A stretch of DNA of 64,000 nt, taken from contig JAJYTE010000009.1 of assembly GCA_021793215.1 (NCBI GenBank), forward strand, positions 4,664 through 68,663, read 5' to 3'. This stretch comes from Bacillota bacterium. Lineage in GTDB: Bacteria; Bacillota; Sulfobacillia; JAJZYS01; JAJYTV01. The translations under genes and the position numbers were made by a program. Positions 37,390 to 47,365 of the stretch are shown piece after piece (the stretch's first letter is position 1; each line of letters starts with the position of its first letter). The notes under the pieces are model-generated. The model saw nothing but the letters and a program-made list of their open reading frames with translations. It was not told where the DNA came from and did no database searches.

Positions 37390-37652
37390 TCGTGCGCATC
37401 CTGCACGAAGGGCAGTACGAGCTCGGCGCCGACTCGCTCACGCGCCTGTACAAGCTCGACGAGGACCTGATGGAGGCCGTCGCGGCGGGCGACGAGTTCG
37501 CGTTCGTCGCGCGGCGAGACGCCCTGATCGGTCTGGTGCGCGCCGAGGGACAGTCGGTCGCGGCGCAAGTGCTGCGCGAGTCGGACCTCGTGCTGCCGCC
37601 TTCGGACATGACACTTGACGAAGCCCAGGAGATGTTCACCCGGCACAGCTGA
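37386..37652 (+). CDS. PspA-associated protein PspAA
   Basis: MIVRILHEGQYEL..SDLVLPPSD; GTGA overlap with pspA. Confidence 0.85.
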   Translation: MIVRILHEGQYELGADSLTRLYKLDEDLMEAVAAGDEFAFVARRDALIGLVRAEGQSVAAQVLRESDLVLPPSDMTLDEAQEMFTRHS

Positions 37653-37750
37653 CGGGGATCTCCGAACGCGTTGCCCGCTGCTCGCACGGCCGCAGCCTGC
37701 GGCAGGACGTTCCGGCATCGAAGTGGAATGTCCTCGCGGGAGGAACGCTT

Positions 37751-38851
37751 TTGCGCAAGATGCCCGTGACACGGGCCCTGATCGGCAAGGTCGCCGCGAA
37801 GACTGTACATGCCCCCAGTGGCACCCTGCCGCTTGTCATTCGAGGCGCGACCATCACCGCAGCGACGGTGGAGGCCTTGTGCCGTCGCGGCATTCCGGCG
37901 CTCTGGGTGGTGGATTCCCTCTTCCCGGACTTCGAAGCGCAAGAGGTGATCCGGGAGGATACGCGCAACCTCGTGCGCAGGTCGGTGCAGGAGATCTTCG
38001 AGGTGGCGGGATCCGCGAAGCGGCGTCGCGCCTCGAACCTGACCGAGAGCCGGTTGTCCGAAGCCGTCGGCAAGCTCGTCGACGACGTCGTGGACAACCA
38101 GGACGTCGTGGCCAACCTCGGACGGGTTCGTTCGTGGGACAACTACACGTTCGAGCACTCCGTGCAGGTCGCCACCCTGGCGGTGGTGATCGGCAAACGC
38201 ATGCTGATGACGGAAGACCAGCTCATCCGCCTCGGCACCGGGGCGATCCTGCACGACGTCGGGAAGGTCACCGTGCCGCTGGAGATCCTCCAGAAGCCTG
38301 ACCGGCTGACGCCGAGCGAGTACGAAGTGATGAAGGGGCACGCGCGGGCTGGGTGGGACATCGTGCATGAGGGCTTCCAGAACATCATGCCGACCTCCTC
38401 GATCGTCGTGCTGCAGCACCATGAGCGCCTCGATGGCTCGGGCTACCCGCAGGGACTGAAGTCCGAGCGCATCTACATCTTCTCCAAGGTCGCGGCGGTC
38501 GCCGACGTGCTGGACGCCGTCCGGGCAGAGCGAGACTACAGGCAGAACCATCGGCCCGCAGAGGTTCTGCGCATCATGCAGCAGGACGCCGGCGTCAAGC
38601 TCGATGCAACTGCGGTCAAGATCGCCTTGCGCCACATCTCTCTCGTCGCGGTGGGCGAGATCGTCCGGCTGACGAACGGACTCCTGGGCATGGTCACAGC
38701 CCTCAACGAGGGTGAACCGCTCCAGCCGGTCGTGACCCTCGTGGCCGACGACCGGGACAAGCCGGTCGCGCGCGAACAGCTCGATCTGATGGGTTCGGAG
38801 CTTCAGGTCGCGGAGGTGCTCGACGACTGGCCGCAGGGGTTGGGAGGGTAG
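37751..38851 (+). CDS. HD-GYP phosphodiesterase
   Basis: YTFEHSVQV, LHDVGK, HHERLDGSGYP. Confidence 0.92.
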   Translation: MRKMPVTRALIGKVAAKTVHAPSGTLPLVIRGATITAATVEALCRRGIPALWVVDSLFPDFEAQEVIREDTRNLVRRSVQEIFEVAGSAKRRRASNLTESRLSEAVGKLVDDVVDNQDVVANLGRVRSWDNYTFEHSVQVATLAVVIGKRMLMTEDQLIRLGTGAILHDVGKVTVPLEILQKPDRLTPSEYEVMKGHARAGWDIVHEGFQNIMPTSSIVVLQHHERLDGSGYPQGLKSERIYIFSKVAAVADVLDAVRAERDYRQNHRPAEVLRIMQQDAGVKLDATAVKIALRHISLVAVGEIVRLTNGLLGMVTALNEGEPLQPVVTLVADDRDKPVAREQLDLMGSELQVAEVLDDWPQGLGG

Positions 38852-38855
38852 CATC

Positions 38856-39971
38856 GTGCGCAAGGCGCTGGTCTCCGATGCGATCCTTGGCAAGTTCGCG
38901 GCGCGCGAGGTTCCGGGGCCGCATCCGTCCCGCCCATTGCTTCGCAAAGGCGCCCGGATCAACGAGGACGTTCTGTCCGCGATCGAGCGGTACGGCCTCA
39001 ACGTGATCTGGATCAGCGATGAACTCCTGCCGGACGTCGAGACCAAGGAGGGCGTGCGGATCGAGACCCGCGAGGCGGCGCGAAACGCCTTCCGCGGCGC
39101 CTACGAGGCGGCTGAGCGGTGGCAGGAGGACAAGACTCCTCCCAAATCGGACGACGGCTCGCGCATCATGAGCTCCGTCCGCATGCTGGTCGCCGATGTC
39201 ACGAGCAACCGCGATGTGCTCAGCAACCTCAGCTTCATCCGCGCCTGGGACGATTACACCTTCGAGCACTCGGTGCAGGTCGCGACCGCATCGCTCCTGC
39301 TGGGCAAGCAGATCGGCCTGGATGAGGATGCGCTGCACCGGCTCGGCATCGGAGCGATGCTGCACGACGTAGGCAAGGCGCTGATCCCCCAGGAGATCCT
39401 GCGCAAGCCCGGTAGGCTCACAGACGAGGAGTTCGCGGTCATGCGCATGCACCCGCAGCTTGGCTGGGAGTTCCTGCGCGCGGGCTTCCCGACGATCATG
39501 CCGACCTCTTCGGTGGTGGCGCTGCAGCACCATGAGCGCCTCGACGGCTCGGGCTACCCGTTCGGCCGCCGCGAGCACGAGATCTACCTCTTTTCCCAGA
39601 TCGTCGCCGCCGCCGACGTGTTCGACGCGCTCCGCGCGCAGCGGGCCTACAGGTCGGACCTGAGCCCCGCCGAGGTGGCCGCGACGATGCGGCGGGAAGC
39701 GGGCGCCCACCTGCGCCAAGACCTCGTGGAGATCCTTCTCTCCCACGTCGCCCTGGCACCGGTCGGAAGCGTCGTCCAACTCTCCGACGGCAGGTACGGC
39801 ATGGTTACGAGCGTACGGCCGCAGGCGCCGCTGCATCCGGTCGTCCGCGTCGTGTCACACGACGGGGAACGCAGGCTGCGCGACGACGAGGTCGACCTTG
39901 CAGAGGACCACCTCGAGATCACGCAGCTCCTGGACGGATGGCCGGACGAGGTCCTCTCGCAGGCGCGGTGA
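38856..39971 (+). CDS. HD-GYP phosphodiesterase (tandem paralogue)
   Basis: YTFEHSVQV, LHDVGK, HHERLDGSGYP, ADVFDAL. Confidence 0.92.
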   Translation: MRKALVSDAILGKFAAREVPGPHPSRPLLRKGARINEDVLSAIERYGLNVIWISDELLPDVETKEGVRIETREAARNAFRGAYEAAERWQEDKTPPKSDDGSRIMSSVRMLVADVTSNRDVLSNLSFIRAWDDYTFEHSVQVATASLLLGKQIGLDEDALHRLGIGAMLHDVGKALIPQEILRKPGRLTDEEFAVMRMHPQLGWEFLRAGFPTIMPTSSVVALQHHERLDGSGYPFGRREHEIYLFSQIVAAADVFDALRAQRAYRSDLSPAEVAATMRREAGAHLRQDLVEILLSHVALAPVGSVVQLSDGRYGMVTSVRPQAPLHPVVRVVSHDGERRLRDDEVDLAEDHLEITQLLDGWPDEVLSQAR

Positions 39972-39999
39972 CGCGTCGCCGTGACGCCGGAAACCAAGT

Positions 40000-40034
40000 C
40001 GCGCGGAGCCGGTCCACTGGGCCGGCTCCGCGCG
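40000..40034. terminator. Hairpin between convergent genes
   Basis: CGCGCGGAGCCGGTCC/ACT/GGGCCGGCTCCGCGCG. Confidence 0.6.
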
Positions 40035-40086
40035 GCGTAACGGACGGGTCGAGGGAGTCGGCGGACATGGGACCCTGGTCAGGGCC

Positions 40087-41028
40087 TCAGGGCGCGGCGA
40101 CGGCGAACAGCGGATCGTCCTCCCCGATCGCGAGGGATCGCGCGGTGAAGAGCACCTCGCCGCGCTCGGGCGAGCGCACCTCGTGCAGCGTGTCGCCGTA
40201 CGCGTCGTGCAGGACCCCTGCGACCTCGCCGGCCGAGACCGTGGTGCCCGGATGTACGCGGGGGCGCCAGAGGCCGGCTTCGGGCGCGCGGCGCCAGACG
40301 AACCGCGTGTACACGGTAGGGTCTGGCTTCGGAGGCGGGCCGCCCGGAAGCATCCCGAGCGCTCTCAGAACGTTCTGGACGCCGTGTACGTGGATCGCCT
40401 GCGAAACGGGGTCGAGCTCCCCGCCCTGGCCGGCTTCGGGCAGGATCGCCGGGACGCCGAGTTCGGCGGCTGCTGCGTAGCTCCCGCCGGCAACGCTCGC
40501 GGAGCGCACGAGGCGAGGGATGCCGTACGCCGCAGCCATCTCGGCGGCGCGGCTGCGCACGTCGTCTTGGCCCCGGTCGGAGAAGATCGTGAACGGCACG
40601 AGTTCCTCGTGGATGTCGCCGCCATGCATGTCGATCCAGGCGTTGGCCTCATGCAGGACCCCGATGACGCGCGCCGCGATGCGCTCCGACGCCGTGCCTT
40701 CGGCGTCGCCCGGGAAGCAGCGATTGAGGTTCTTGCCGTCGAGCGGTGTGTAGTACTGGCTCTTCGCCCAGAACGCGGGCGGGTTCGTGAGGTGGAGCAC
40801 GATCACGCGCCCTCGCAGGGAAGCGGGGTCGAGCGTCCGCGCCAATTCGATGGCAGCTGCGATGCCTGGGTACTCGCCACCGTGCACGCCGCCCGAGACC
40901 AGCAGGGTCGGCCCATCGGTCGCGCCGCGCAGATCGGTGTAGGGGATCTCCACCGCGGTGCCCGGCACCGCGAGGACGCCGCGCAGCCTACTGCCCTCCA
41001 TCGCGCCTCGCAGGATGCCCATCGCCAT
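40087..41028 (-). CDS. Succinylglutamate desuccinylase/aspartoacylase (M14-like) family protein
   Basis: GGVHGGEY, NLNRCFPG, IDMHGG, EAG; C-terminal biotinyl-like domain. Confidence 0.9.
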   Translation of the reverse strand: MAMGILRGAMEGSRLRGVLAVPGTAVEIPYTDLRGATDGPTLLVSGGVHGGEYPGIAAAIELARTLDPASLRGRVIVLHLTNPPAFWAKSQYYTPLDGKNLNRCFPGDAEGTASERIAARVIGVLHEANAWIDMHGGDIHEELVPFTIFSDRGQDDVRSRAAEMAAAYGIPRLVRSASVAGGSYAAAAELGVPAILPEAGQGGELDPVSQAIHVHGVQNVLRALGMLPGGPPPKPDPTVYTRFVWRRAPEAGLWRPRVHPGTTVSAGEVAGVLHDAYGDTLHEVRSPERGEVLFTARSLAIGEDDPLFAVAAP

Positions 41029-41085
41029 CATTCCTCCTTGGGCACCGCTCGCCATGCGCAGATCGGATCCGATCCCGCCGCGCCG

Positions 41086-42885
41086 CTACCGCACCCGCCA
41101 GACGAGCACGCCGTCCGGCGATTCGGTGATCGGTGGACCCAGGGCGCCATTGAGTGCCCTGAGCGCAGCCGGCGACAAGGACGTGGCGCCATAGCTCGGC
41201 CGCGGGATGAAGACGAGGCGGCGCACGTGCAGCGTCCGAAGGTCCGCCGTCACGATGCCGGCGTAGACATCCGGCGACAGCGAGGGGGTCAGCAGGCCGT
41301 CGACGCCGGTGAGATCCTGCAAACGCGCCGCGTCGTTCGCGGTGTGGCCATAGGTGTTCGCGACCGGGAAGGCGTAGCCGGTCTCTTGCAGTGCCTGCAT
41401 CACCTCGGGGAACGCCACTGTGAGGACGTAGGTCGGCTGGCCGCGCAGCGCGCGCACGACGGGGGTGCCCGGCGCGAAGGCGCCGGTCGCCTGCGGCAGG
41501 GGGCTGTTCGTGTAGGGGATGAGCGGCAGCCAGGTGGCGACGACGGCCGCAAGCCACCAGAGCGGCCTTCTCCCGGTTCCTGCGCCCTGCCGCAGCCAGT
41601 CTTCTATCCCAAGGATCAGCAGCGACGCGACGGCCAGGTCCGCGTACAGCATTAGCCGTGCAGGCAGGAGGTCCTTGACGAAGGGCAGTTGATCGAAGAG
41701 CCACCAGGGCAGAGGGATCGGCGACGTCCATCCGAGGACGTGCAGCGTGCTGCCGAGGGAGAGGAGCGCGACGACGCCGCTGGTCCATGCGAGAATGCGT
41801 GCCAACGTCTGGGGCCACAGGCGCCGCAGCGACCAGATCAGCAGCAGGATCGCCGGGATGCCCAGGTAGCCGTTGTCCTCGGCGAAGTTGCCGGTGAACC
41901 AGTTCGCCGGGTCGACGAAGGGGATGTGCACGCTGAAGGCGCCGGTCGGAAGGATGAAGTTGAACAGGTCGGTGACGTAGACGTTCGGCGGCTGCACCGA
42001 GTGGAAGACGCGGTAGGGACCGAGCAGCAGTTCGTAAAGGCCCGGAGCGGCGAGAACGACGAAGACCGCGGCCGCCGCGATCCAGAACCGAGGCGGAGCA
42101 CGCCGCAGCACGCGCCGCAGCGCTTCGGAGTCCACGAGCGCCGCGACGGCCAGGCCGAGCACGAGGACCACCACGAAACTCACCAGTACCTCGACCAGCG
42201 TGTAGAACTGCACCGCCGCTGCGAGACCGAGCAGCGCCCCGAGAACCGCCGGCCGCCTGCCTTGGCCCTTCGCGACAATCGTGAGGATGAGCAGGGCGAC
42301 GAGCAGCGGTGCCGTGGTGACGAGGCTGATGTGCGAGAGGGACTGCGTCGTGATGTACGGCAGCATCGCGACGAGGCAGCCCCCGATGATCTGCAGCGAT
42401 TGGCGCACGCCGAGCCGGGCGAAGATCTGCTGGGCGAGTGCGCCCGCAGCCAAGATGTTCAGCCCGAACCAGACGTTGTACGCCGCCGCCGAGTTCATCA
42501 CCGCGAGCAGCGGACCGAGCGCGATGGACTCGGCGAGGATCGAGGTGTTCCACATGAGGTTCATGCCGTAGGGGTAGTTCATCAGGCGGGTGATGAAGGG
42601 GTTATGCCCGCCCGCGAGCGCGTGCCAGAACAGCCCGAGGTACCACATGTACTGTTCGGCGTCGCCGGGGTGTCCTGGGAATGTGCTGCCGGGCAGGACG
42701 ATCGAACGCCCGAGGAACAAAGCCGCGATCACGAGGTAGACGATGAGGCCCAGGCCCACGCCGTACGGCGTGGGCCTGGGCAGCGAGAGTTCCGGCCGGC
42801 GGCGCTCAGCCACTGCGCGGGCGAGGCGGCGCAGCATCGCGAGGATGCGCCTGGGGGCGCTCTGCGCCTTGACGACTCTCTGCAC
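41086..42885 (-). CDS. Polytopic membrane protein, probable GT-C glycosyltransferase
   Basis: First loop GDAEQYMW..HNPFITRLMNYPYGMNLMWNTS; more than 10 TM helices; extracellular C-terminal domain. Confidence 0.6.
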   Translation of the reverse strand: MQRVVKAQSAPRRILAMLRRLARAVAERRRPELSLPRPTPYGVGLGLIVYLVIAALFLGRSIVLPGSTFPGHPGDAEQYMWYLGLFWHALAGGHNPFITRLMNYPYGMNLMWNTSILAESIALGPLLAVMNSAAAYNVWFGLNILAAGALAQQIFARLGVRQSLQIIGGCLVAMLPYITTQSLSHISLVTTAPLLVALLILTIVAKGQGRRPAVLGALLGLAAAVQFYTLVEVLVSFVVVLVLGLAVAALVDSEALRRVLRRAPPRFWIAAAAVFVVLAAPGLYELLLGPYRVFHSVQPPNVYVTDLFNFILPTGAFSVHIPFVDPANWFTGNFAEDNGYLGIPAILLLIWSLRRLWPQTLARILAWTSGVVALLSLGSTLHVLGWTSPIPLPWWLFDQLPFVKDLLPARLMLYADLAVASLLILGIEDWLRQGAGTGRRPLWWLAAVVATWLPLIPYTNSPLPQATGAFAPGTPVVRALRGQPTYVLTVAFPEVMQALQETGYAFPVANTYGHTANDAARLQDLTGVDGLLTPSLSPDVYAGIVTADLRTLHVRRLVFIPRPSYGATSLSPAALRALNGALGPPITESPDGVLVWRVR

Positions 42886-42891
42886 GCACCC

Positions 42892-43929
42892 TCAGCCCCG
42901 CAGCCAGCGCGTGAGCATGGTGCGCGCGAAGCGGTAGCCGTAGACGAAGTCGTTGCCCTTCTTGCTCTGCCCTGCGAGCCGGCGCTGCACGGAGATCGGC
43001 GCCTCGACGATCTTCAGCCCCTGGCGGCGCACCAGCATGATCGTCTCCGCGGTGTGGTACTGGCTCTCCGACGTCTCGAGGTGTCGCAAGCGGTACACGT
43101 TGAAGGCGCGGAAGCCGGACGAGCAATCGGTGAGGTGCGTCGCCAACAGAAGGTTCAGGAAGAAGTTGAAGAACGAGAGCCCCAGAGAGCGCATCGCACT
43201 CACGCGCTCGAAGCTGCCGAGTCGGCGAGAGCCGATGACGAAGTCGGCGTCGCCGTCGAGCAGCGGGTGCACAAGCCCCGGGATGTCCTCAGGGCTGTGT
43301 TGCCCATCGGCGTCCATCGTGACGACGACGCGCGCACCGGCGCGCGCGGCGTAGTTGTATCCGATGCGGATCGCCGCACCACCGCCCATGTTGATCGGCA
43401 GATCGAGCACTGCGGCGCCGGCGCGCCGGGCGACGGCGGCCGTCTGGTCCGAGCAGCCGTCCGCGACGACGATCGGCGTGACCGCGAGGCCGAGAACCTC
43501 GCGCGGCAACCCCTCGATCACCTGCGCCACCGACTCCTCCTCGTCGAAGGCGGGCATGACGATGGCCACGCCATCGATCTCGACCGGGGCGCTGCTCGCC
43601 GCGATGCGTGCGACGAGGGCCTCCATCTGCTCCGCGGCGGTCTCCTGCCGCCGCCGCCGCTGGTCTGACGTCCAGACGGTGTACAGCCAGAGCACGAGGT
43701 TCGAGACCACGAGCAGCATGAACAGGCGCCGGCGCGGCGTCGCACCGAGTCGAAGGACCTCCGTCGGGAGGTTCGCGAGCCACGGGAAGAGCGAGACGAG
43801 CAGCAGCACGAGTGCGGCAGCGAAGCCGAGGCCGTCCGCTGCCGTCGGCGCACGGCGGGAAAGCCGGCGAAGGACTATCGAGGCGAGCGCCAGGGCGACC
43901 AGTACGCCGCCGATGCGAAGCGGGCTCAT
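42892..43929 (-). CDS. DUF2304-like membrane domain fused to a DPM1-like GT2
   Basis: Three-TM N-terminus, then VMPAFDEE, DGCSD, TMDADGQH, IGSR, DCSSGFRA. Confidence 0.85.
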   Translation of the reverse strand: MSPLRIGGVLVALALASIVLRRLSRRAPTAADGLGFAAALVLLLVSLFPWLANLPTEVLRLGATPRRRLFMLLVVSNLVLWLYTVWTSDQRRRRQETAAEQMEALVARIAASSAPVEIDGVAIVMPAFDEEESVAQVIEGLPREVLGLAVTPIVVADGCSDQTAAVARRAGAAVLDLPINMGGGAAIRIGYNYAARAGARVVVTMDADGQHSPEDIPGLVHPLLDGDADFVIGSRRLGSFERVSAMRSLGLSFFNFFLNLLLATHLTDCSSGFRAFNVYRLRHLETSESQYHTAETIMLVRRQGLKIVEAPISVQRRLAGQSKKGNDFVYGYRFARTMLTRWLRG

Positions 43930-43943
43930 CGTTCACAACCTCT

Positions 43944-44879
43944 CTATGAAGTGGAGGACAGCAGGTGGGGCGACGTCTTGAAGGACAGCCCGCCGACAAT
44001 CAGGGACATGACGAGCAGCGACACGTGGACGCCGATCGCGGCGACCGCTGCGATCGACCAAGGCGTGCCGAACAGCCGCAGGATCATGATCCACCAGACT
44101 TCCACGGTGCCGATACCGGCCACTCCCTGGACGGGCAGCACCAGCAGCAGGGCGGCGAGGGCGCCGCCTACGGACGCCTCACCCAACGTGACGGGAGCGC
44201 CGAAGCCGCGCAGCGCCAGCCAGTAGGAGAGGATCGAGAGGAGGCGCAGGCCGAAGGTCGAGGCCCAACTCGGCGCGTTGTACACCATGCCGTGCAGGCG
44301 TACGTCGGTATCGGTCAGGAATGAGTGCAGCTTCGGCCATGGTAGCGGCCGTAGCATGCGGAAGAAGAAACGCCGAAACCGCGGGATGAAGACGACCGTC
44401 GCGCCGAGCGCCGTGACGAGCATCGACGCGCCGAGCAGGTAGTACGAGGTCGCGGGCAGCGCAGATACGGTGAACCCGGCGACGCCGAGGATCACGAGCC
44501 AGGAGAGGAGATCCTGCACCCGCGCGACCGCCATCGCCGCCGTGGCGTGCGGCAGCCCGCCAGGGGCGTTGCGGTAGAGAAGCGGCATGGAGACCTCACC
44601 GATCCCGCCGGGCAGCACTTGGCAGGCGGCCGTGTACAGCCAGCCGATCGAAACGGTCACGGACCATGCCTGGCCATCCCGCAGCAGCTGGCGGAAACGC
44701 AGGCCGCGCAGCGCCGCGAACACCGGGTAGACGACGGCCAACGCCGCGAGCAGGCGCCAGTCCGGATGGACGTGCGAGAGAACGGCGAAGGAGCCGAGGC
44801 TCTTCAGCACTGCGTACACGCCGGCGAGGGAGAAGACGATGGGCACGCCCCAGGTCAAGATGCGCCGGTCCACGCCCAT
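43944..44879 (-). CDS. Lysylphosphatidylglycerol-synthase TM / UPF0104 flippase-like protein
   Basis: RFRQLL, LPGGIGE, ARVQDL, PVQGVAGIGTVE. Confidence 0.85.
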   Translation of the reverse strand: MGVDRRILTWGVPIVFSLAGVYAVLKSLGSFAVLSHVHPDWRLLAALAVVYPVFAALRGLRFRQLLRDGQAWSVTVSIGWLYTAACQVLPGGIGEVSMPLLYRNAPGGLPHATAAMAVARVQDLLSWLVILGVAGFTVSALPATSYYLLGASMLVTALGATVVFIPRFRRFFFRMLRPLPWPKLHSFLTDTDVRLHGMVYNAPSWASTFGLRLLSILSYWLALRGFGAPVTLGEASVGGALAALLLVLPVQGVAGIGTVEVWWIMILRLFGTPWSIAAVAAIGVHVSLLVMSLIVGGLSFKTSPHLLSSTS

Positions 44880-44915
44880 CGCCCTCCTTCCCGCACTGCG
44901 CCCGGGATTCCAAGT

Positions 44916-46064
44916 CTACCGCCAGGACACGTTCGGCATGATGACGTCGCGGTCCACGCGGTCCACGCGCTCTGACGCCCAGCGCAGCATCTGCTGCAGC
45001 ACCTCGATCGTGAGGAGCCGAGGCTTCATGCCGAGCGCGACGAGCCCGCTGTTCTTCGGGTTGTAGTGGTGCTGCTCGGACTCCACGCGCGGATTCGGGA
45101 TCTCGCGCGCCTCGGCCCGGATGCCGAGCGGTTGCGCCGCCTCCACCACGAGGTTGCCCAGCTGCTGCACCGTGAACGACTCGGTGAACTGGTTGAACAC
45201 GCGGAACTCGCCGGGGGCGGCCGGGTTCAACGCCGAGAGCTCGACGCACTGCAGGGTGTCGCGAATGTTGAGGAACGCCCGCTTCTGCCCGCCCGTGCCG
45301 TAGAGCGTGATCGGGACGCCTGCGACAGCCTGCGTCACGAACCGGTTGATCACGGTGCCGAACCAGCCGTCGTAATGGAAGCTCGTTGCGAGCATGGGGT
45401 CGAGGATCGTCTCGTCCGTCTCCGTGCCGTAGACGACGCCTTGGTTGAGGTCGGTGACCCTGAGGTTCCAGAGCTTCGTCGCCAGCATCAGGTTGTGGCT
45501 GTCATGCACCTTCGAGAGGTGGTAGAACGAGCCCGGGCTCTTCGGGAACGGCAGGCGGTCCTTTCGCCCGTTGTGCTCGAACTCGAGGTAGCCTTCCTCG
45601 ATGTCGATGTTCGGCGTGCCGTACTCGCCCATCGTACCCAGCTTGATGAGGTGCGCGTCCGGCGTCAGATCATGCATCGCGAACGCGAGCTGCAGCGTTC
45701 CGAGCACGTTGTTCGCCTGGGAGAGGATCGCGTGCTTCGCGTCGATCATCGAGAAGGGAGCCGACGGCTGCTCGCCGTAGTGAACGACCGCTTCGGGACG
45801 GAAGGATGATAGCACGCCGCGGATGGTCGCCTCGTCGCCGACGTCGCCGAGGTGCACCTCGATGCTGTGGCCGGTTCTCTGCTGGAACGTCTCCGAACGG
45901 TCCTGCAGCGAGGCGATCGGCGCGAGCGGAGCGACGCCGAGCTCAGCCTCCCACTTGCGCTTGAGCAGGTTGTCTAGGACCGCGACCTGGTGCCCGCGAC
46001 TCGCGAAATGCATCGCGGTCGGCCACCCGAGGTAACCGTCGCCGCCGATGATCAGGATGCGCAA
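44916..46064 (-). CDS. sqdB: UDP-sulfoquinovose synthase
   Basis: GGDGYLGWPTA, HYGEQPSAPFSM, KLGTMGEYGTP, GSFYHLSKVHDS, TDLNQGVVYG, FGTVINRF, VFNQFTE. Confidence 0.95.
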   Translation of the reverse strand: MRILIIGGDGYLGWPTAMHFASRGHQVAVLDNLLKRKWEAELGVAPLAPIASLQDRSETFQQRTGHSIEVHLGDVGDEATIRGVLSSFRPEAVVHYGEQPSAPFSMIDAKHAILSQANNVLGTLQLAFAMHDLTPDAHLIKLGTMGEYGTPNIDIEEGYLEFEHNGRKDRLPFPKSPGSFYHLSKVHDSHNLMLATKLWNLRVTDLNQGVVYGTETDETILDPMLATSFHYDGWFGTVINRFVTQAVAGVPITLYGTGGQKRAFLNIRDTLQCVELSALNPAAPGEFRVFNQFTESFTVQQLGNLVVEAAQPLGIRAEAREIPNPRVESEQHHYNPKNSGLVALGMKPRLLTIEVLQQMLRWASERVDRVDRDVIMPNVSWR

Positions 46065-46235
46065 CGAATGAGATCCCCCTTCGGCGCATGTGCCATGCGC
46101 TGCCTGGATGCAAACTACAACCAATTCGCTCCGGTTTGTGCGGTCCCTTCAGACCGCATGACCGTTGTACCAATCCGTAGGATAGCGCATCTCGATGAGA
46201 GCGGTGTACGAAATAGCGTAGAACCTTCTAAGAAT

Positions 46236-47363
46236 TCACCCGGCGAAGAACCAGTGCGCGTACGAGATCCAAAGGAAGACCTGAAACGCGCCGGAGAGGC
46301 CGATGGCCCAGCGCCACTGGTTCTCGCGCAGCCGCGCGGCGAACGTGAGGAACACCGGGAAGTACGGCATGATCAGCCGCGTGGCGCTCATCAGGACGAA
46401 GCCGTTCGGGATCGACGGATCGACGAGCGTCGAGAGCACACCGAAGAAGACGTAGAGTTTGTCTCCGAGAGAGAGAATGCCCCGGTCGAAGGCCAGGGCG
46501 AGAAGAAAGACGATCGGCATCCCGAGGTCGACGGCCGAGAGCGGCAGACCCTGGTTGTAGAACGCGTGGATCAGGCCGTAGCCGAGCGCGAAACCGCCTC
46601 CGGTGAAGTGGCGGTACCAAGTCGCCTGCTGCGCGACGAACTCGAGCGGGTTCCCGACCTTCACGTAGCTGAAGGCGAGGTAGGTCCCGAGCGCGGCGAC
46701 CGGCAAGAGGCACCAGAGCGCCCGTCGCCAGAAGAGCGCGTCCATGCGGCGGGCGGACGACTCCCAGGCGAACGCCAAGAGCGGCAGCACGAGCAGGATG
46801 CCGTTCGCCCGCTCGACAGAGGCGAGCGCGATCAGCGCCGCCGCAAAGCCCCACCTTCCCTTGCGCAGCAGCAGGTAGGCACCGACCGAGAGCAGGAGGT
46901 AGAGCGACTCGGCGTACATCGTGACGAGGAAGAAGGCGGAAGGGTAGGCGAGCAGGAGCACCAGCGCGCGTCGCATCAGCACCTCGCCCGCCTGCTCGCG
47001 CCAGAGCCGGGCGAGCAGCACGATCGCCGCGAGGTCCGCAGCCCATGAGGAGACGATGCCCGCGGTGACGAACGGCAGCCGCGTCACGGCATGCAAAGTA
47101 TGCACGACGAGCGGGTAGAGCGGGAAGAAGACGTACGCCGCCGGGCGGAAGTAGCCGTACACCGCGATCCGGTAGTACCACGCGGAGTCCCAGCGCGCGA
47201 ACGGCGAGAGCGGCCACCAGACGGGAGGCGTCCAATGGCCGTGGACCGGTGCAACGCGCACGCCGATGATCCCAATCACTAGGATGACGAGCAGGCTGAC
47301 GGCGAAGCCGAGCGCGGCGAACCGTGCGTCTGCGCGCCATGGCGGGGTGAAGGGACGCCGCAT
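46236..47363 (-). CDS. PIG-V/GT76-like GT-C glycosyltransferase
   Basis: RWDSAWYYRIAVYGY..FFPLYP, YPSAFFL..YAESLYL, RANGILL. Confidence 0.85.
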   Translation of the reverse strand: MRRPFTPPWRADARFAALGFAVSLLVILVIGIIGVRVAPVHGHWTPPVWWPLSPFARWDSAWYYRIAVYGYFRPAAYVFFPLYPLVVHTLHAVTRLPFVTAGIVSSWAADLAAIVLLARLWREQAGEVLMRRALVLLLAYPSAFFLVTMYAESLYLLLSVGAYLLLRKGRWGFAAALIALASVERANGILLVLPLLAFAWESSARRMDALFWRRALWCLLPVAALGTYLAFSYVKVGNPLEFVAQQATWYRHFTGGGFALGYGLIHAFYNQGLPLSAVDLGMPIVFLLALAFDRGILSLGDKLYVFFGVLSTLVDPSIPNGFVLMSATRLIMPYFPVFLTFAARLRENQWRWAIGLSGAFQVFLWISYAHWFFAG

Positions 47364-47365
47364 GC

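Noticed and set aside
37653-37750. Possible c-di-GMP riboswitch before the HD-GYP genes
   Set aside because: No GGCAAAC..GAAA..GACGCAAAG pattern
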